This document shows, in pieces, positions 47,695 through 56,860 of a stretch of 64,000 nucleotides of DNA (position 1 is the first letter of the stretch; the number at the start of each line of letters is the position of its first letter). The notes under the pieces are model-generated. The model did not search any database. It saw only the letters and a list, made by a program, of their open reading frames with translations, and had not been told where the DNA came from. The DNA lies in IMG/VR virus record IMGVR_UViG_3300021431_000002, one strand, 5' to 3'. This DNA comes from a virus. Taxonomy: Duplodnaviria; Heunggongvirae; Uroviricota; Caudoviricetes. A program made the position numbers and the translations under genes.

Positions 47695-47766
47695 TGCGCC
47701 CAGAGGATTCTGCCACCTCGACTCCTAGTTTAAAAGACTAGTGCTCTACTTCTGAGCTATGAGCGC
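47695..47766 (-). tRNA. tRNA-Lys(UUU) paralog with a non-canonical T-loop (GGCAGAA)
   Basis: Acceptor GCGCTCA/TGGGCGC. D-arm GCTC-AGAAGTA-GAGC. Anticodon arm CTAGT-CTTTTAA-ACTAG. Confidence 0.45.
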
Positions 47767-48086
47767 AATTTCTACTATTTTTACCTATAGCTAAAAGAGG
47801 CCGTAGCTCTACCATTAAGCTATAGGAGCATTTCTATATCTTATCCATAACGCTCCTTGCCCAACGGTGTTGGTTGCAAACAGAGCGTTACATCTGTTTC
47901 TTACGTTTTATGTACTTAATCATAGTCTTCATATGTTAATTTTAAAATGTTTTAATATTTTTTTTAATTCCATTATAACAGTTCCACTATATTCTATTTC
48001 CGAAATAGTTGATTTGGAACTTGACAACTTTTTTTAGTTTATGTTATACCTTTTTAAGATGTAATCCAAAACCTTATTACTATCCA

Positions 48087-48332
48087 TCACTTAATTTTTA
48101 TCAGTGTGCCATTTTCGTTTGCCCTTCTAATCCACCTCATAAGGAGCAATCCCTTCTCAGTTGGTTTAAATGCAGCAGTTTCGCCAACATCTTTCTTGTC
48201 AGAAAGGTCAATCTCTAGTTGATATTTGTTACCATCCACATCAATGATGTGATATACGGCAATACCGCCAGCCATGATATACTGCAATTGAGCAATACCT
48301 TTTATCAAAGGCTTAATATCATCCAAAATCAT
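48087..48332 (-). CDS. hypothetical protein (81 aa)
   Basis: ORF in track. Confidence 0.4.
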   Translation of the reverse strand: MILDDIKPLIKGIAQLQYIMAGGIAVYHIIDVDGNKYQLEIDLSDKKDVGETAAFKPTEKGLLLMRWIRRANENGTLIKIK

Positions 48333-48724
48333 ATTATTTTAAATCTTTTTCTATCTAATTTATATTTGTATTCGGCAATTTCATTAAGAAATAACTCTCT
48401 CATATTATTCTCTTTCACGCCAAATTCTTTTTTCTGTGTTTTATATACATGATAATCAAGTAAAAGAGCAACAATGCTTAAAGCAAAAACAAACCATCTA
48501 AGTTCTATTAATGCTGCAATGCTATTAAATATTAACCCTATTATCATTAATAGCCAACCCATTAATATTTTTCTATGATTACTTCGGTATTTTTTTGCCC
48601 AAACAAAATATAGACCCAAGTATATATCAATAACACCAATAGCCCAAAAAATCCAAAAAATCCAACCTAATGCTGTACTCATAACATTAAACTCATTAAA
48701 TATGTTAGGATTCCGCTTTCCCAA
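48329..48724 (-). CDS. membrane protein (131 aa)
   Basis: Multiple transmembrane helices. Confidence 0.45.
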   Translation of the reverse strand: MGKRNPNIFNEFNVMSTALGWIFWIFWAIGVIDIYLGLYFVWAKKYRSNHRKILMGWLLMIIGLIFNSIAALIELRWFVFALSIVALLLDYHVYKTQKKEFGVKENNMRELFLNEIAEYKYKLDRKRFKII

Positions 48725-49152
48725 ATGATTGACATAATTTTTTTATGCCAAGTTACACTCCGTCAAGTTTATCCAATTTATTTTCTACTCTCCTATATAC
48801 GCAGAAGAGAAGCCCAGTCAATGGTGAATCCAAGTTCATCCCAACGGTGCTGAATGCTCTCACGTATCTGTTTTTGTGCGTTGTACTCGATATTACCAAC
48901 TACACCACTTGATAAAAATTCTTTCATAAATACTTCTGTCATACTCTACCTCTTTGTTTTAATGAAATTAAATAAATTAGATGTTGCCTACCTACACGCA
49001 TTATACTCGCTCCCAATCTCTATTTTACTAGAAGGTGAATTAGTACTGCCCTTTCAGCCCTTCACATTTCCTTTTTTCTTCCTCGATAGGACCAACATCT
49101 ACGTCTTTTGTTCGCTCAATTAAGAACAGCCCAGAGAACTAACTGGGAAATG

Positions 49153-49239
49153 CGGAGGGTAGTGGATTCGAACCACTGGTACCATTGAAGGTACACCTCT
49201 TTAGCAGAGAGGCGGTATAAGCCACTCACCCAACCCTCC
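49153..49239 (-). tRNA. tRNA-Ser(GCU), class II
   Basis: Acceptor GGAGGGT/ACCCTCC plus G73. D-stem GGT/ACC. Anticodon arm CCTCT-CTGCTAA-AGAGG. Variable hairpin GTACC-TTCAAT-GGTAC. T-arm AGTGG-TTCGAAT-CCACT. Confidence 0.85.
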
Positions 49240-49251
49240 TTATTATTGTAG

Positions 49252-49325
49252 TAGTGATGGTAGGACTTGAACCTACGACCTTCATCTTATCAGGATGACA
49301 ATCTGACCAACTGATATACACCACT
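49252..49325 (-). tRNA. tRNA-Ile(GAU), second copy with a different acceptor stem
   Basis: Acceptor AGTGGTG/CATCACT. The body is identical to the copy at 41966 (TCATC-CTGATAA-GATGA). Confidence 0.7.
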
Positions 49326-49412
49326 ATTTAAATACCTACATTCCACTATCTCGTACAACTCTACAAGGAGCGTCTTTAACATCCCACTCTTTAATTATCG
49401 ACTTGTGGTTGC

Positions 49413-49700
49413 CTACGATAACTTCTTCAAGCTATTACCCTTGATGTTTCCTTCAGTATTATATCTTGCTAATAGCCCATTATACCAATGAAGACATCTT
49501 ACGTACTTTCTGTGTATTCTATAATGAACTAATTTTCCATTCCAAGGCGTTATTCCATCAACATCAAAAAACTCTCCATTGAACTTCAAATGCCTAATGC
49601 TACACCAAGTATATTCGCCTTTATAATTTTCATAAGGTCTAATGTACCTTACCTCAAATGGTTGATGATTTTTCAACCAATCAAATTGCTTTTTAGTCAT
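49413..49700 (-). CDS. hypothetical protein (95 aa)
   Basis: ORF in track. Confidence 0.4.
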   Translation of the reverse strand: MTKKQFDWLKNHQPFEVRYIRPYENYKGEYTWCSIRHLKFNGEFFDVDGITPWNGKLVHYRIHRKYVRCLHWYNGLLARYNTEGNIKGNSLKKLS

Positions 49701-49729
49701 TTTATATCAGCCGCCACCAACTATATTTG

Positions 49730-50167
49730 TTACTCCCCTAATACTAGAAGGGATGCTTTTCTTATCATTGTCGGCAATAATTCCCCACAAGGAACAAACC
49801 CCAACTTACCATAGAATCGTCTTAAATCTTTTACCGTTTTATGTGATTCATCATAATGCCCTCTAGGCATTGGATGGCATAAAAGATAGAGATTAAAATC
49901 TTTATATATCCTAATCACCTCTTTCAGTAGTTCTGTTGCAACACCCCAACCGCAATATTCACTGTCAGTTTCAACTCTGACGATTTTGGCTAGTTTGTTT
50001 CCGTTACATAAATGCTTGTATCTTTCATACTCAACATTTTTAACGTCAACTATAACTTTGCCAAGATGCACCCAATTATGCTCTGCGTCATAGGCATTAA
50101 AACACATTATACCATCAAGACTAGCATACCATTCTATCTTAAATAAACTACTTCTATCTTCAAGCAT
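49730..50167 (-). CDS. possible GNAT-family acetyltransferase
   Basis: CGWGVATELLKEV resembles the GNAT motif A (Q/RxxGxG/A). Confidence 0.3.
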   Translation of the reverse strand: MLEDRSSLFKIEWYASLDGIMCFNAYDAEHNWVHLGKVIVDVKNVEYERYKHLCNGNKLAKIVRVETDSEYCGWGVATELLKEVIRIYKDFNLYLLCHPMPRGHYDESHKTVKDLRRFYGKLGFVPCGELLPTMIRKASLLVLGE

Positions 50168-50173
50168 AACATT

Positions 50174-51088
50174 TCATTGATTAATACTACTCAATATATG
50201 TTCTTTCCAGTAATTACGTCTTGTACTATTTTTGTTTTTAGATTTAAAAGTGTCTAGTTGACTATCACAGTTAGGGCATATCATCCTTAAATTTTCTCTT
50301 TTGTTGTTTGACGCATCACCATCAATATGGTCTAATACAAACACTAACGGTTTACCATTATGTTCTGGTTTACATCCGCATATTGCACAAACACCACCTT
50401 GCTCAGACATAAATTGTTCTCTTACAAAGCCTCTAGGCGTGTAATTTCCTCTACAATATTTTTCATTGTTCTCTATAAAATCTTTATATCTATCTTCTTT
50501 TAGTTTGTTTGATGAACATTCATTCGAACAGAATCTAGCTTTAAGATTTTTTGTTTGAAATGGTTTACCACAGAATTCACAAATTTTAGTTAGTATTTGT
50601 TTACTTCTACAATTACCTTTTCTTTGTTTGTCGTATAAAACTTTTCTACATTCATCACTACAATACTTTGTATTCTTTCCTTCTAGTTCTTTTCCACAAA
50701 CAACACAATATCTTTTAGGGTGTTCTACTTTTTTCGTAGATTCTTTTCTAAGTGCATTAGCAACCCTTTCATAAACGGATTTATCTCTATGTTCATTGTT
50801 ATACTTAGCTGAACAAGCTGAACAACAAAAATCCTTGCCCCATTTACTAGTAATTTCTTTACCGCATTGTTTGCAATATCTAATTGGTTTCTTTCGTCTC
50901 TCTTTATAAACAGACAAATCAAATCCAACTGACAATGCAATTTCTTTCAAGTATTCAGAACCTTGTTTATTATCACTAATTCCAAAATATACGTGTGCTT
51001 GATTTTTACTAGTAAAGCCATCAAGTCTTTCAAAGACCTCTTTCTTTTTCTCTTCGGTACTAATGTCAATAATTTTTCTTTTTCTCAT
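50174..51088 (-). CDS. HNH endonuclease with multiple N-terminal zinc-ribbon repeats
   Basis: C-terminal VLDHIDGDASNNKRENLRMICPNCDSQ HNH motif. Repeated C..C...C..C modules. Confidence 0.7.
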   Translation of the reverse strand: MRKRKIIDISTEEKKKEVFERLDGFTSKNQAHVYFGISDNKQGSEYLKEIALSVGFDLSVYKERRKKPIRYCKQCGKEITSKWGKDFCCSACSAKYNNEHRDKSVYERVANALRKESTKKVEHPKRYCVVCGKELEGKNTKYCSDECRKVLYDKQRKGNCRSKQILTKICEFCGKPFQTKNLKARFCSNECSSNKLKEDRYKDFIENNEKYCRGNYTPRGFVREQFMSEQGGVCAICGCKPEHNGKPLVFVLDHIDGDASNNKRENLRMICPNCDSQLDTFKSKNKNSTRRNYWKEHILSSINQ

Positions 51089-51175
51089 ATTTAAATGTAT
51101 TACCTATATAATAAATAATACATTTTTGCGGAAAATCAAGGTTTTGACTAATTTTTTTTTATAACACTGTTGTCG

Positions 51176-51264
51176 AGGAAGGAGAGGGATTCAAACCCTC
51201 GGAACGCTCATCACGTTCGCAGCTTTTCAAGAGCTGTGCAATAAATCACTCTGCCACCCTTCCA
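51176..51264 (-). tRNA. tRNA-Ser(UGA), class II
   Basis: Acceptor GGAAGGG/TCCTTCC. D-stem GCA/TGC. Anticodon arm CAGCT-CTTGAAA-AGCTG. Variable hairpin CGAACG-TGATGA-GCGTTC. T-arm GAGGG-TTTGAAT-CCCTC. Confidence 0.75.
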
Positions 51265-51277
51265 TTTTTCTACCTTG

Positions 51278-51350
51278 TGGAGCTGAAGAGAATCGAACTC
51301 TCCCACGAACCTTGCAAAGGTCCATCGCCAGCCTTGGAACATGCAACCCC
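51278..51350 (-). tRNA. tRNA-Ala(UGC) with G3:U70
   Basis: Acceptor GGGGTTG/CAGCTCC plus A73. Anticodon arm GGACC-TTTGCAA-GGTTC. T-arm GAGAG-TTCGATT-CTCTT. Confidence 0.55.
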
Positions 51351-51527
51351 TACTGCCTCATCACTATCGTAGATGAAAGGCTTGCACACGACTAGGTAAA
51401 ATGACTGCTACCTTGAACGGACGTATGGCTAACGTTGTGGGTTACTTCGTCCCACTTCACAGTTTAACAACCCTAGTCACCCATATGTACATCTTTGGAT
51501 GTTGTTTTAGGCCCACGTCTGGGATTG

Positions 51528-51600
51528 CTGGTCCACTGGGACTCGAACCCAGCCTCGCAGATTAACAGTCTGCCGTGCTAACCACTATCACTATAGACCA
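51528..51600 (-). tRNA. tRNA-Asn(GUU)
   Basis: Acceptor TGGTCTA/TGGACCA. Anticodon arm GCAGA-CTGTTAA-TCTGC. T-arm CTGGG-TTCGAGT-CCCAG. Confidence 0.75.
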
Positions 51601-51607
51601 ATATTTG

Positions 51608-51679
51608 CTGGGAAGGAGAATTTCGAAATCTCGACCTGATGATTAACAGTCATCTGCTCTGCCTCTGAGCTACTACCCA
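51608..51679 (-). tRNA. tRNA-Asn(GUU) paralog with an aberrant T-arm
   Basis: D-arm GCTC-AGAGGCA-GAGC. Anticodon arm GATGA-CTGTTAA-TCATC. T-region GAGA-TTTCGAAAT-TCTC. Confidence 0.5.
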
Positions 51680-51831
51680 ATGTAAAAAAGATGCTGTGTT
51701 GGAGGCGTAAATCTCTCGCCCACTTTAACCCAAACTAGGCGTGGAAAACACGTCTGCTCGGAAGGGTACGACTTTCCACATTTAATCTACTTCAACGCAT
51801 TTCGAACTACGTTTTTTTGAACACCTTTTGT

Positions 51832-51940
51832 GGATGCAATAGGATTCGAACCTATGATTTAATTACCATCGTCATGGGTGTAACGCCCCCCATCGCGCAA
51901 CTCAGATGGTCACTCCCCAGAGGAGTCCTTACACGCATCC
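51832..51940 (-). tRNA. 109-nt tRNA-like gene with an unresolved internal region
   Basis: Acceptor GGATGCG/TGCATCC spans 109 nt. T-arm ATAGG-TTCGAAT-CCTAT. Confidence 0.3.
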
Positions 51941-52120
51941 ATTTTTTTTATTTTGTTTAAACAGTACCTTACATTTAATTAAACTACCTTGACAGCAGTC
52001 ATTGCAAGTCCCATACCAAGGTAAAATACATTTTGTTCCTTTCCACCAAGTACAAATATTGCAAAGTTTTACGAGAATTTGATTTATTTTTTGTGGTTTT
52101 TTTATCTTTTTAAATTTCAT
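51929..52120 (-). CDS. small Cys-rich protein (63 aa)
   Basis: ORF in track. C..C......C...C. Confidence 0.3.
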   Translation of the reverse strand: MKFKKIKKPQKINQILVKLCNICTWWKGTKCILPWYGTCNDCCQGSLIKCKVLFKQNKKNGCV

Positions 52121-52280
52121 AACTCTGTTTCCAATATATATTTTAATGGTCTTACGGCTTCGTTTGGGATTTGTTTGTTAAGATGTTTAATACGTTTGTC
52201 AATATATTCTCCATTAGTAGAATCCTCTATAAATTGTTTCCCGCCATTATGCCATAATTTATAAATTTTATATTTCATTG

Positions 52281-52353
52281 CGGAACATACGAGAGTTGAA
52301 CTCGCTCCTTACTGCGTGACAGGCAGAAATCTTAACCGTTTGACCTATGTTCC
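52281..52353 (-). tRNA. tRNA-Asp(GUC)
   Basis: Acceptor GGAACAT/ATGTTCC plus G73. Anticodon loop CTGTCAC in stem CTGC/GCAG. T-arm GCGAG-TTCAACT-CTCGT. Confidence 0.75.
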
Positions 52354-52359
52354 TTTTTG

Positions 52360-52442
52360 AGCTGGAGACAGGATTCGAACCTGCGAGGGCTTTCGCCTTT
52401 GGGTTACAAAGCCAACCTATTCAACCACTCTAGCACTCCAGC
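52360..52442 (-). tRNA. class-II tRNA with an unresolved anticodon (Tyr- or Leu-like body)
   Basis: Acceptor GCTGGAG/CTCCAGC. D-stem CTA/TAG. Variable hairpin GGC-GAAA-GCC. T-arm GCAGG-TTCGAAT-CCTGT. Confidence 0.5.
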
Positions 52443-52627
52443 AATTGTTAAACTAGGTCTCCGCTCTTATCGGAAGTTACGCACAGAGTTGCTTGCTAAA
52501 TATTGGCGTTGCAACGGTCTTAGCAATTAATCTCTTCCATTCTAGAAATGGAGTCACAGAAACTCAGCGTTTACTATTCAAATGACCTTTTAAAAACCAA
52601 ATTCACGCATTGTTATTACCTAGTTTG

Positions 52628-52656
52628 TGGGGAGGGGTGGACTCGAACCACCATTA
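52628..52656 (-). other. tRNA 3' half (T-arm plus 3' acceptor) directly downstream of the HNH gene
   Basis: GGTGG-TTCGAGT-CCACC followed by CCTCCCC. The matching 5' piece GGGGAGGTAGCAAAGATGG lies at 53233-53251, beyond the HNH gene. Confidence 0.45.
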
Positions 52657-52659
52657 CCC

Positions 52660-53136
52660 TTATGTTTTATTTTTACCACAATATGTTTCTGTTTGAGAAT
52701 GGCAGTTAGGGCATAATAGTCTTAAATTTTCTATCCTATTATCTCTATTATTGCCGTTAATGTGGTCTAATTGTAAAACTATTTTTTTACCCAACCATTC
52801 ATTAATACCACATATTGCACATTTATATTCTATTAAATTTGACTTTAGAATTCTTAGTTTAAGACGAGTCATATTTGTATATATACTATCTTTTACTAAA
52901 ATTTTTTCTAAAGGAAATGTTTCATTTTTGGCTAAACCATTAGATTTACCTAAAAAATGAGAAAAACTAATATTATTCTCTCTAAGATATTTTTTCAACG
53001 GTTGATACGAGTTTCCTCTATTCGCAGTATAGCCTAGTTTTCTCATAACTTCAGCGAATGTTTTGCTATTTTGCACAATATTAGATAACTCTTCTTTATC
53101 AATTTTTTTATAATAACATTCCATTATTATTTTCAA
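52660..53136 (-). CDS. HNH homing-type endonuclease, inserted between the two halves of a Tyr-like tRNA
   Basis: LQLDHINGNNRDNRIENLRLLCPNCH HNH motif. Flanked by tRNA half sequences. Confidence 0.75.
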   Translation of the reverse strand: MKIIMECYYKKIDKEELSNIVQNSKTFAEVMRKLGYTANRGNSYQPLKKYLRENNISFSHFLGKSNGLAKNETFPLEKILVKDSIYTNMTRLKLRILKSNLIEYKCAICGINEWLGKKIVLQLDHINGNNRDNRIENLRLLCPNCHSQTETYCGKNKT

Positions 53137-53232
53137 TTAACTATGTGGGGGTTCCAGTTGCCGCCACTGGTCCTATTGATTTTCAGTCAATCGCTTCTAC
53201 TGAGTTAGCTTAACCCCCAAATTATTAAACCA

Positions 53233-53251
53233 TCTTTGCTACCTCCCCAAT
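53233..53251 (-). other. tRNA 5' fragment (acceptor plus start of the D-arm) upstream of the HNH gene
   Basis: GGGGAGG-TA-GCAAAGATGG. A near-identical motif occurs at 60071-60090. Confidence 0.4.
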
Positions 53252-53262
53252 ATTTACTTTTT

Positions 53263-53300
53263 TGCAAAGATACAAAAAAATTTTTTAATATCCAAATTTT
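53263..53300 (-). promoter_or_regulatory. Bacteroidetes-type promoter
   Basis: tgcaaagata at 53263-53272 and ccaaatttt at 53292-53300. Confidence 0.55.
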
Positions 53301-53637
53301 TGTAAATAAATTAACTTTCATTAACCCATAGCATATAAAAAAGCTGCTGATTACTTTTTTGGAGTTCATCAACAGCTTGGGAAATATATAGTGAAGTAAG
53401 TGCCTTTATATTATTCTTTTATATCATACCTCCATATCACCTTCTAGCTGTTCTAGAACCTTTGAGTTAAACACAACTGTATCATTCCATTTACTATCCG
53501 CAAATGAATTAGAAAATGTATTAGCGATATTTTTAATAGTTGCATTCATAATATAAAAGTTTAATTGATTTTTTCTATAATTATTATTTAACTCTCAAAA
53601 AGTTCTATTTTTTGTAATTTTTTTTTTATTTTTTTTT

Positions 53638-54072
53638 TTACTTTAAGTCGTTTCCGCACTTTTTACACTTGTTTTTAACGTCATCAAAGTATTTTTTTGC
53701 TTCTTGATTTGATGTGAAATCTCTTGTTTCATCATTTCTACTATTCAAGCAAGAGATTATCACCTTTGCTTTAGCATAGACTGCTTTTTCGTTCTCATTC
53801 AAAAAACTATCCCAATATTCATAATTCAGTTCATATGCTTTTTTAAGTGGTTGAAACCTAAATAAAGTGTTTCCCCAACCAACTTTATACAAATCTTCTT
53901 TTGCACGTTTCGGAATCAATGGAATTAAACCAAAAAGTTTCCAAAAAAACCATTTTCCTCTTGGAACAGCAACTTTCATTTCCTCTATTTTTTCCATTGG
54001 TATGAAAAGTATGCTTTTTATACTTTTATAGAAAGCAGTGCCTTCTACCTTAATAGGATTATAGGTTTCCAT
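53638..54072 (-). CDS. hypothetical protein (144 aa) with a C-terminal CxxC pair
   Basis: ORF in track. Confidence 0.45.
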   Translation of the reverse strand: METYNPIKVEGTAFYKSIKSILFIPMEKIEEMKVAVPRGKWFFWKLFGLIPLIPKRAKEDLYKVGWGNTLFRFQPLKKAYELNYEYWDSFLNENEKAVYAKAKVIISCLNSRNDETRDFTSNQEAKKYFDDVKNKCKKCGNDLK

Positions 54073-54099
54073 TGTATTCGTTGTTTATTGAGTTTCACA

Positions 54100-54148
54100 A
54101 TGCAAATATATAAATAATTTTTTTAATTTCCAAATTTTTAGCGAAAAA
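54100..54148 (-). promoter_or_regulatory. Bacteroidetes-type promoter (variant -7 TATATTTGCA)
   Basis: tgcaaatata and ccaaatttt boxes. Confidence 0.5.
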
Positions 54149-54151
54149 AAA

Positions 54152-54484
54152 TTATGCAGATTCTGCAATTGATATGTCTTTTTCTTCATCAGTAACATCA
54201 CTATAGCTAGTAACACTAGAAATATGTTCAACGCTTTTATCCCCAATTTGTGTAAAAACTTGGTTTATGCCTCTGATTTTTACTTTTTCTCCATTGGTAT
54301 ACCCATCAACATATCCTTTGTAGCCACCTTTTTTACCATCTTCTTTGATGTAGTCAAAACTAACAATATCTCCTTCTACCCCTTCATATTTTTTAGTGAT
54401 AGTATTATAGAGTTTTTTGTCTTTAACTATCAAATATGTTTCATCTATGTTGATTTCTATGTCAGTATTTACTTTTATTATCAT
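54152..54484 (-). CDS. hypothetical protein. Start trimmed because the N-terminal extension overlaps a tRNA
   Basis: ORF in track. Confidence 0.35.
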   Translation of the reverse strand: MIIKVNTDIEINIDETYLIVKDKKLYNTITKKYEGVEGDIVSFDYIKEDGKKGGYKGYVDGYTNGEKVKIRGINQVFTQIGDKSVEHISSVTSYSDVTDEEKDISIAESA

Positions 54485-54503
54485 ATTTGGAAATTTGATT
54501 TTG

Positions 54504-54592
54504 TATAGAGGGTGGGATTCGAACCCACAAGTACCTTTCGATACACTAGTTTCGTAGACTAGGACGGTCATCCAGTTACGTTTTACCCCTAC
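54504..54592 (-). tRNA. tRNA-Arg(ACG) with an extended variable arm (89 nt)
   Basis: Acceptor GTAGGGG/CCTCTAT. D-loop AACTGGATGA. Anticodon arm CTAGT-CTACGAA-ACTAG. Variable TGTATCGAAAGGTACT. T-arm GTGGG-TTCGAAT-CCCAC. Confidence 0.55.
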
Positions 54593-54795
54593 ATAAAGGA
54601 ACGGTCAATTTATTGCCTTGACTCGGCATTCGCTCCGAAGAGCATAGATAAGTGCCTCGCAATGATTATTTAACGCTTCTCTTATCCTTCGTCTAGTCAG
54701 ATTAATAATTAAAAATGTTTTGTAAATTAATATCAAACTGCTGTACGCTCCTACTAACACGCAAATAGATGCAACTAGGCATTCTAGATACGTTG

Positions 54796-54884
54796 TGGCC
54801 CTAGAGGGATTCGAACCCCCAACTACCTCTCAGTAGAACTGTTTAGAAGACAGTGACGGTCATCCAATTACGTTTTATAGGGTC
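54796..54884 (-). tRNA. tRNA-Arg(UCU) with an extended variable arm. Paralog of 54504
   Basis: Same D-arm (TAAAACGTAATTGGATGACCGTC). Anticodon arm ACTGT-CTTCTAA-ACAGT. T-arm GGGGG-TTCGAAT-CCCTC. Confidence 0.55.
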
Positions 54885-54892
54885 AATTAGTA

Positions 54893-54975
54893 CATCCGCT
54901 GGGACTCGAACCCAGAACCTACGGCTTCTTGCCACTCTATGTTGCCATAGCCAAGTAATGCTATTAAAGTATGTA
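54893..54975 (-). tRNA. tRNA-like element (T-arm CTGGG-TTCGAGT-CCCAG). 5' half unresolved
   Basis: T-arm and 3' acceptor CGGATGT only. Confidence 0.25.
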
Positions 54976-55500
54976 ACGAAGGCACCCGTATCCTTCTCTT
55001 AATGGGTTATTTATCACATACACATCAGTTGTTGTGGTCTAGAATACATTATTACCATATTGAAATTCTTGCAAGTAAAGAACATCAGATAACACTATTT
55101 TAGGACTGTCAGCCTCTCTCGATGACTGTATACGGGGTTGTCATCCCAAATAGGTAATGAGCCTATCGTACCATTTCTTTTGTTCTTAATTTCAACTTAG
55201 GTATCTCCTATATGCTCTCTACACATTTATGAATGTAGCATACTTAATCATTAACTTTTCTGAAGCGTATTTTCATTCTCATTAGAGATTTTTTCGCCTC
55301 TACATTCAATTTAGCACGGTATTATCCTTACACGTTATTGGTTAGTGTGACGTTCTCTTAGTGCGCTGTGCATAACCTTTGAACTATAGTAGCACGTGCC
55401 GTTTTCCAAGAAGGACTTCCACCGTTTTAGGGAGATTCTACATAGGGATTTCTCGCCTATGCATCCAATTTGGTTTAATCATTTTCGGATGTATTTATTG

Positions 55501-55581
55501 TGATGGGACTGGGACTCGAACCCAGATTCCTTTCGGAGCCAGTTTAGAAGACTGGTGCATTATCCATCCTGCCCTCCCACC
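55501..55581 (-). tRNA. tRNA-Arg(UCU)-like with a 3-bp D-stem and an extended variable arm
   Basis: Acceptor GGTGGGA/TCCCATC. D-arm GCA-GGATGGATAA-TGC. Anticodon arm CCAGT-CTTCTAA-ACTGG. T-arm CTGGG-TTCGAGT-CCCAG. Confidence 0.5.
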
Positions 55582-55979
55582 AAATAAAATTTATCTATTT
55601 TTTCATTATATCTATAAAACTTACAACCAAGTTCAGATATTATTTCTTTTTGCCTTTTGATGGGTCATAATCCCCATAAATAAAAGGCTCTTTTGGGTCA
55701 ACCTTTTTAGCGTGTTTAATCTCATAGAGAAATAATCCAAGAGATAAAACCACCATAATCCCTATAACAATAAAAATAATAGTCATAATTATTGTTTGTT
55801 TTTTATTTTGTTGGCTAAATCATCAATATCCTTTTCAAAAGTTTCTCTGTTTTCTTTTTTAGAGGTTTTATTGCCTTTTCTACCTAAGAAATCAGACACC
55901 ACCATAAATACAAGTGCCATGATTAATGCAGTGAACATAAAAAATAGTAATCTTCCCATTTGTTTTTTCGTTTTAACAA

Positions 55980-56015
55980 TGCAAATATATGAAAAAAAAT
56001 TGGAATAGCCAAATT
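55980..56015 (-). promoter_or_regulatory. Bacteroidetes-type promoter variant
   Basis: tgcaaatata and ccaaatt boxes. Confidence 0.4.
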
Positions 56016-56034
56016 ATTTCACATTTTTAAAGAA

Positions 56035-56274
56035 TTATTTTTGTTTAATGTAATTGTTCCAAGAAAGTTGTGTTGAAGGAATACCTCTCTTCAACCCCTC
56101 TTCTCTCCAAGCCTTAAATGCATCATAGGATGGATTACCCATTCTTCCTAATCCTTTAAAATTCTGTTCTCTTTCCTCTGGTGTATAAGGAGTAAACTGG
56201 TCTACATTACCAAAAGTTGCTTCTTCAATTGTTTCTCTAATGATTTGTTTTATTCTATCTTCTGAAAGTTTCAT
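56035..56274 (-). CDS. hypothetical protein (79 aa)
   Basis: ORF in track. Confidence 0.4.
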   Translation of the reverse strand: MKLSEDRIKQIIRETIEEATFGNVDQFTPYTPEEREQNFKGLGRMGNPSYDAFKAWREEGLKRGIPSTQLSWNNYIKQK

Positions 56275-56750
56275 AATATTAAAAAGTTGATACCTATTAT
56301 TTAATAATAATAAATATCAACTAAAAATAAATAGTTACAGGTGTGCTGTTACGCCAAAGACAGCGCAGTTAACTTTACGCCTCACGATTTACGTTTACTT
56401 TTGTCCAAGAGTCCAGCAGCGGCTTTAAAGGTTCTCTAGCTTGACTTCACGAGCCTCATTCGGTCTTATATTTCAGACTCTCCGACTTCGACCTCTCGTC
56501 TCTCGCCAGTTAGGGATTTGCAACTCCCAGATTATCTAGACGCACCTAGGGTTTTTGCACGAGGTGTAAACCCATAAAACATTCTACCTCACCACTTACT
56601 GAGCACTGTCACTCTTTAGCAGATGGCTGCTTCCAAGCCTACTGTCCTATACCTATTAATAAAGGCTGTTATTCAAATACCATTTAACTACAGCGTTATA
56701 CGAACTCGCCACTATCAAATTGGCTTCCTCAGTCTGTCGTAGCACCTTTG

Positions 56751-56833
56751 TGGGGCTAGTGGGAGTCGAACCCACACGCCTTTCGGCATTAGTTCCTAAG
56801 ACTAACGTGTACTACCAATTTCACCATAGCCCC
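56751..56833 (-). tRNA. tRNA-Leu(UAG), class II
   Basis: Acceptor GGGGCTA/TAGCCCC plus A73. D-stem GTG/CAC. Anticodon arm TTAGT-CTTAGGA-ACTAA. Variable hairpin GCC-GAAA-GGC. T-arm GTGGG-TTCGACT-CCCAC. Confidence 0.8.
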
Positions 56834-56860
56834 ATAAAAAAAAACAGGAAACGTGTTTTT

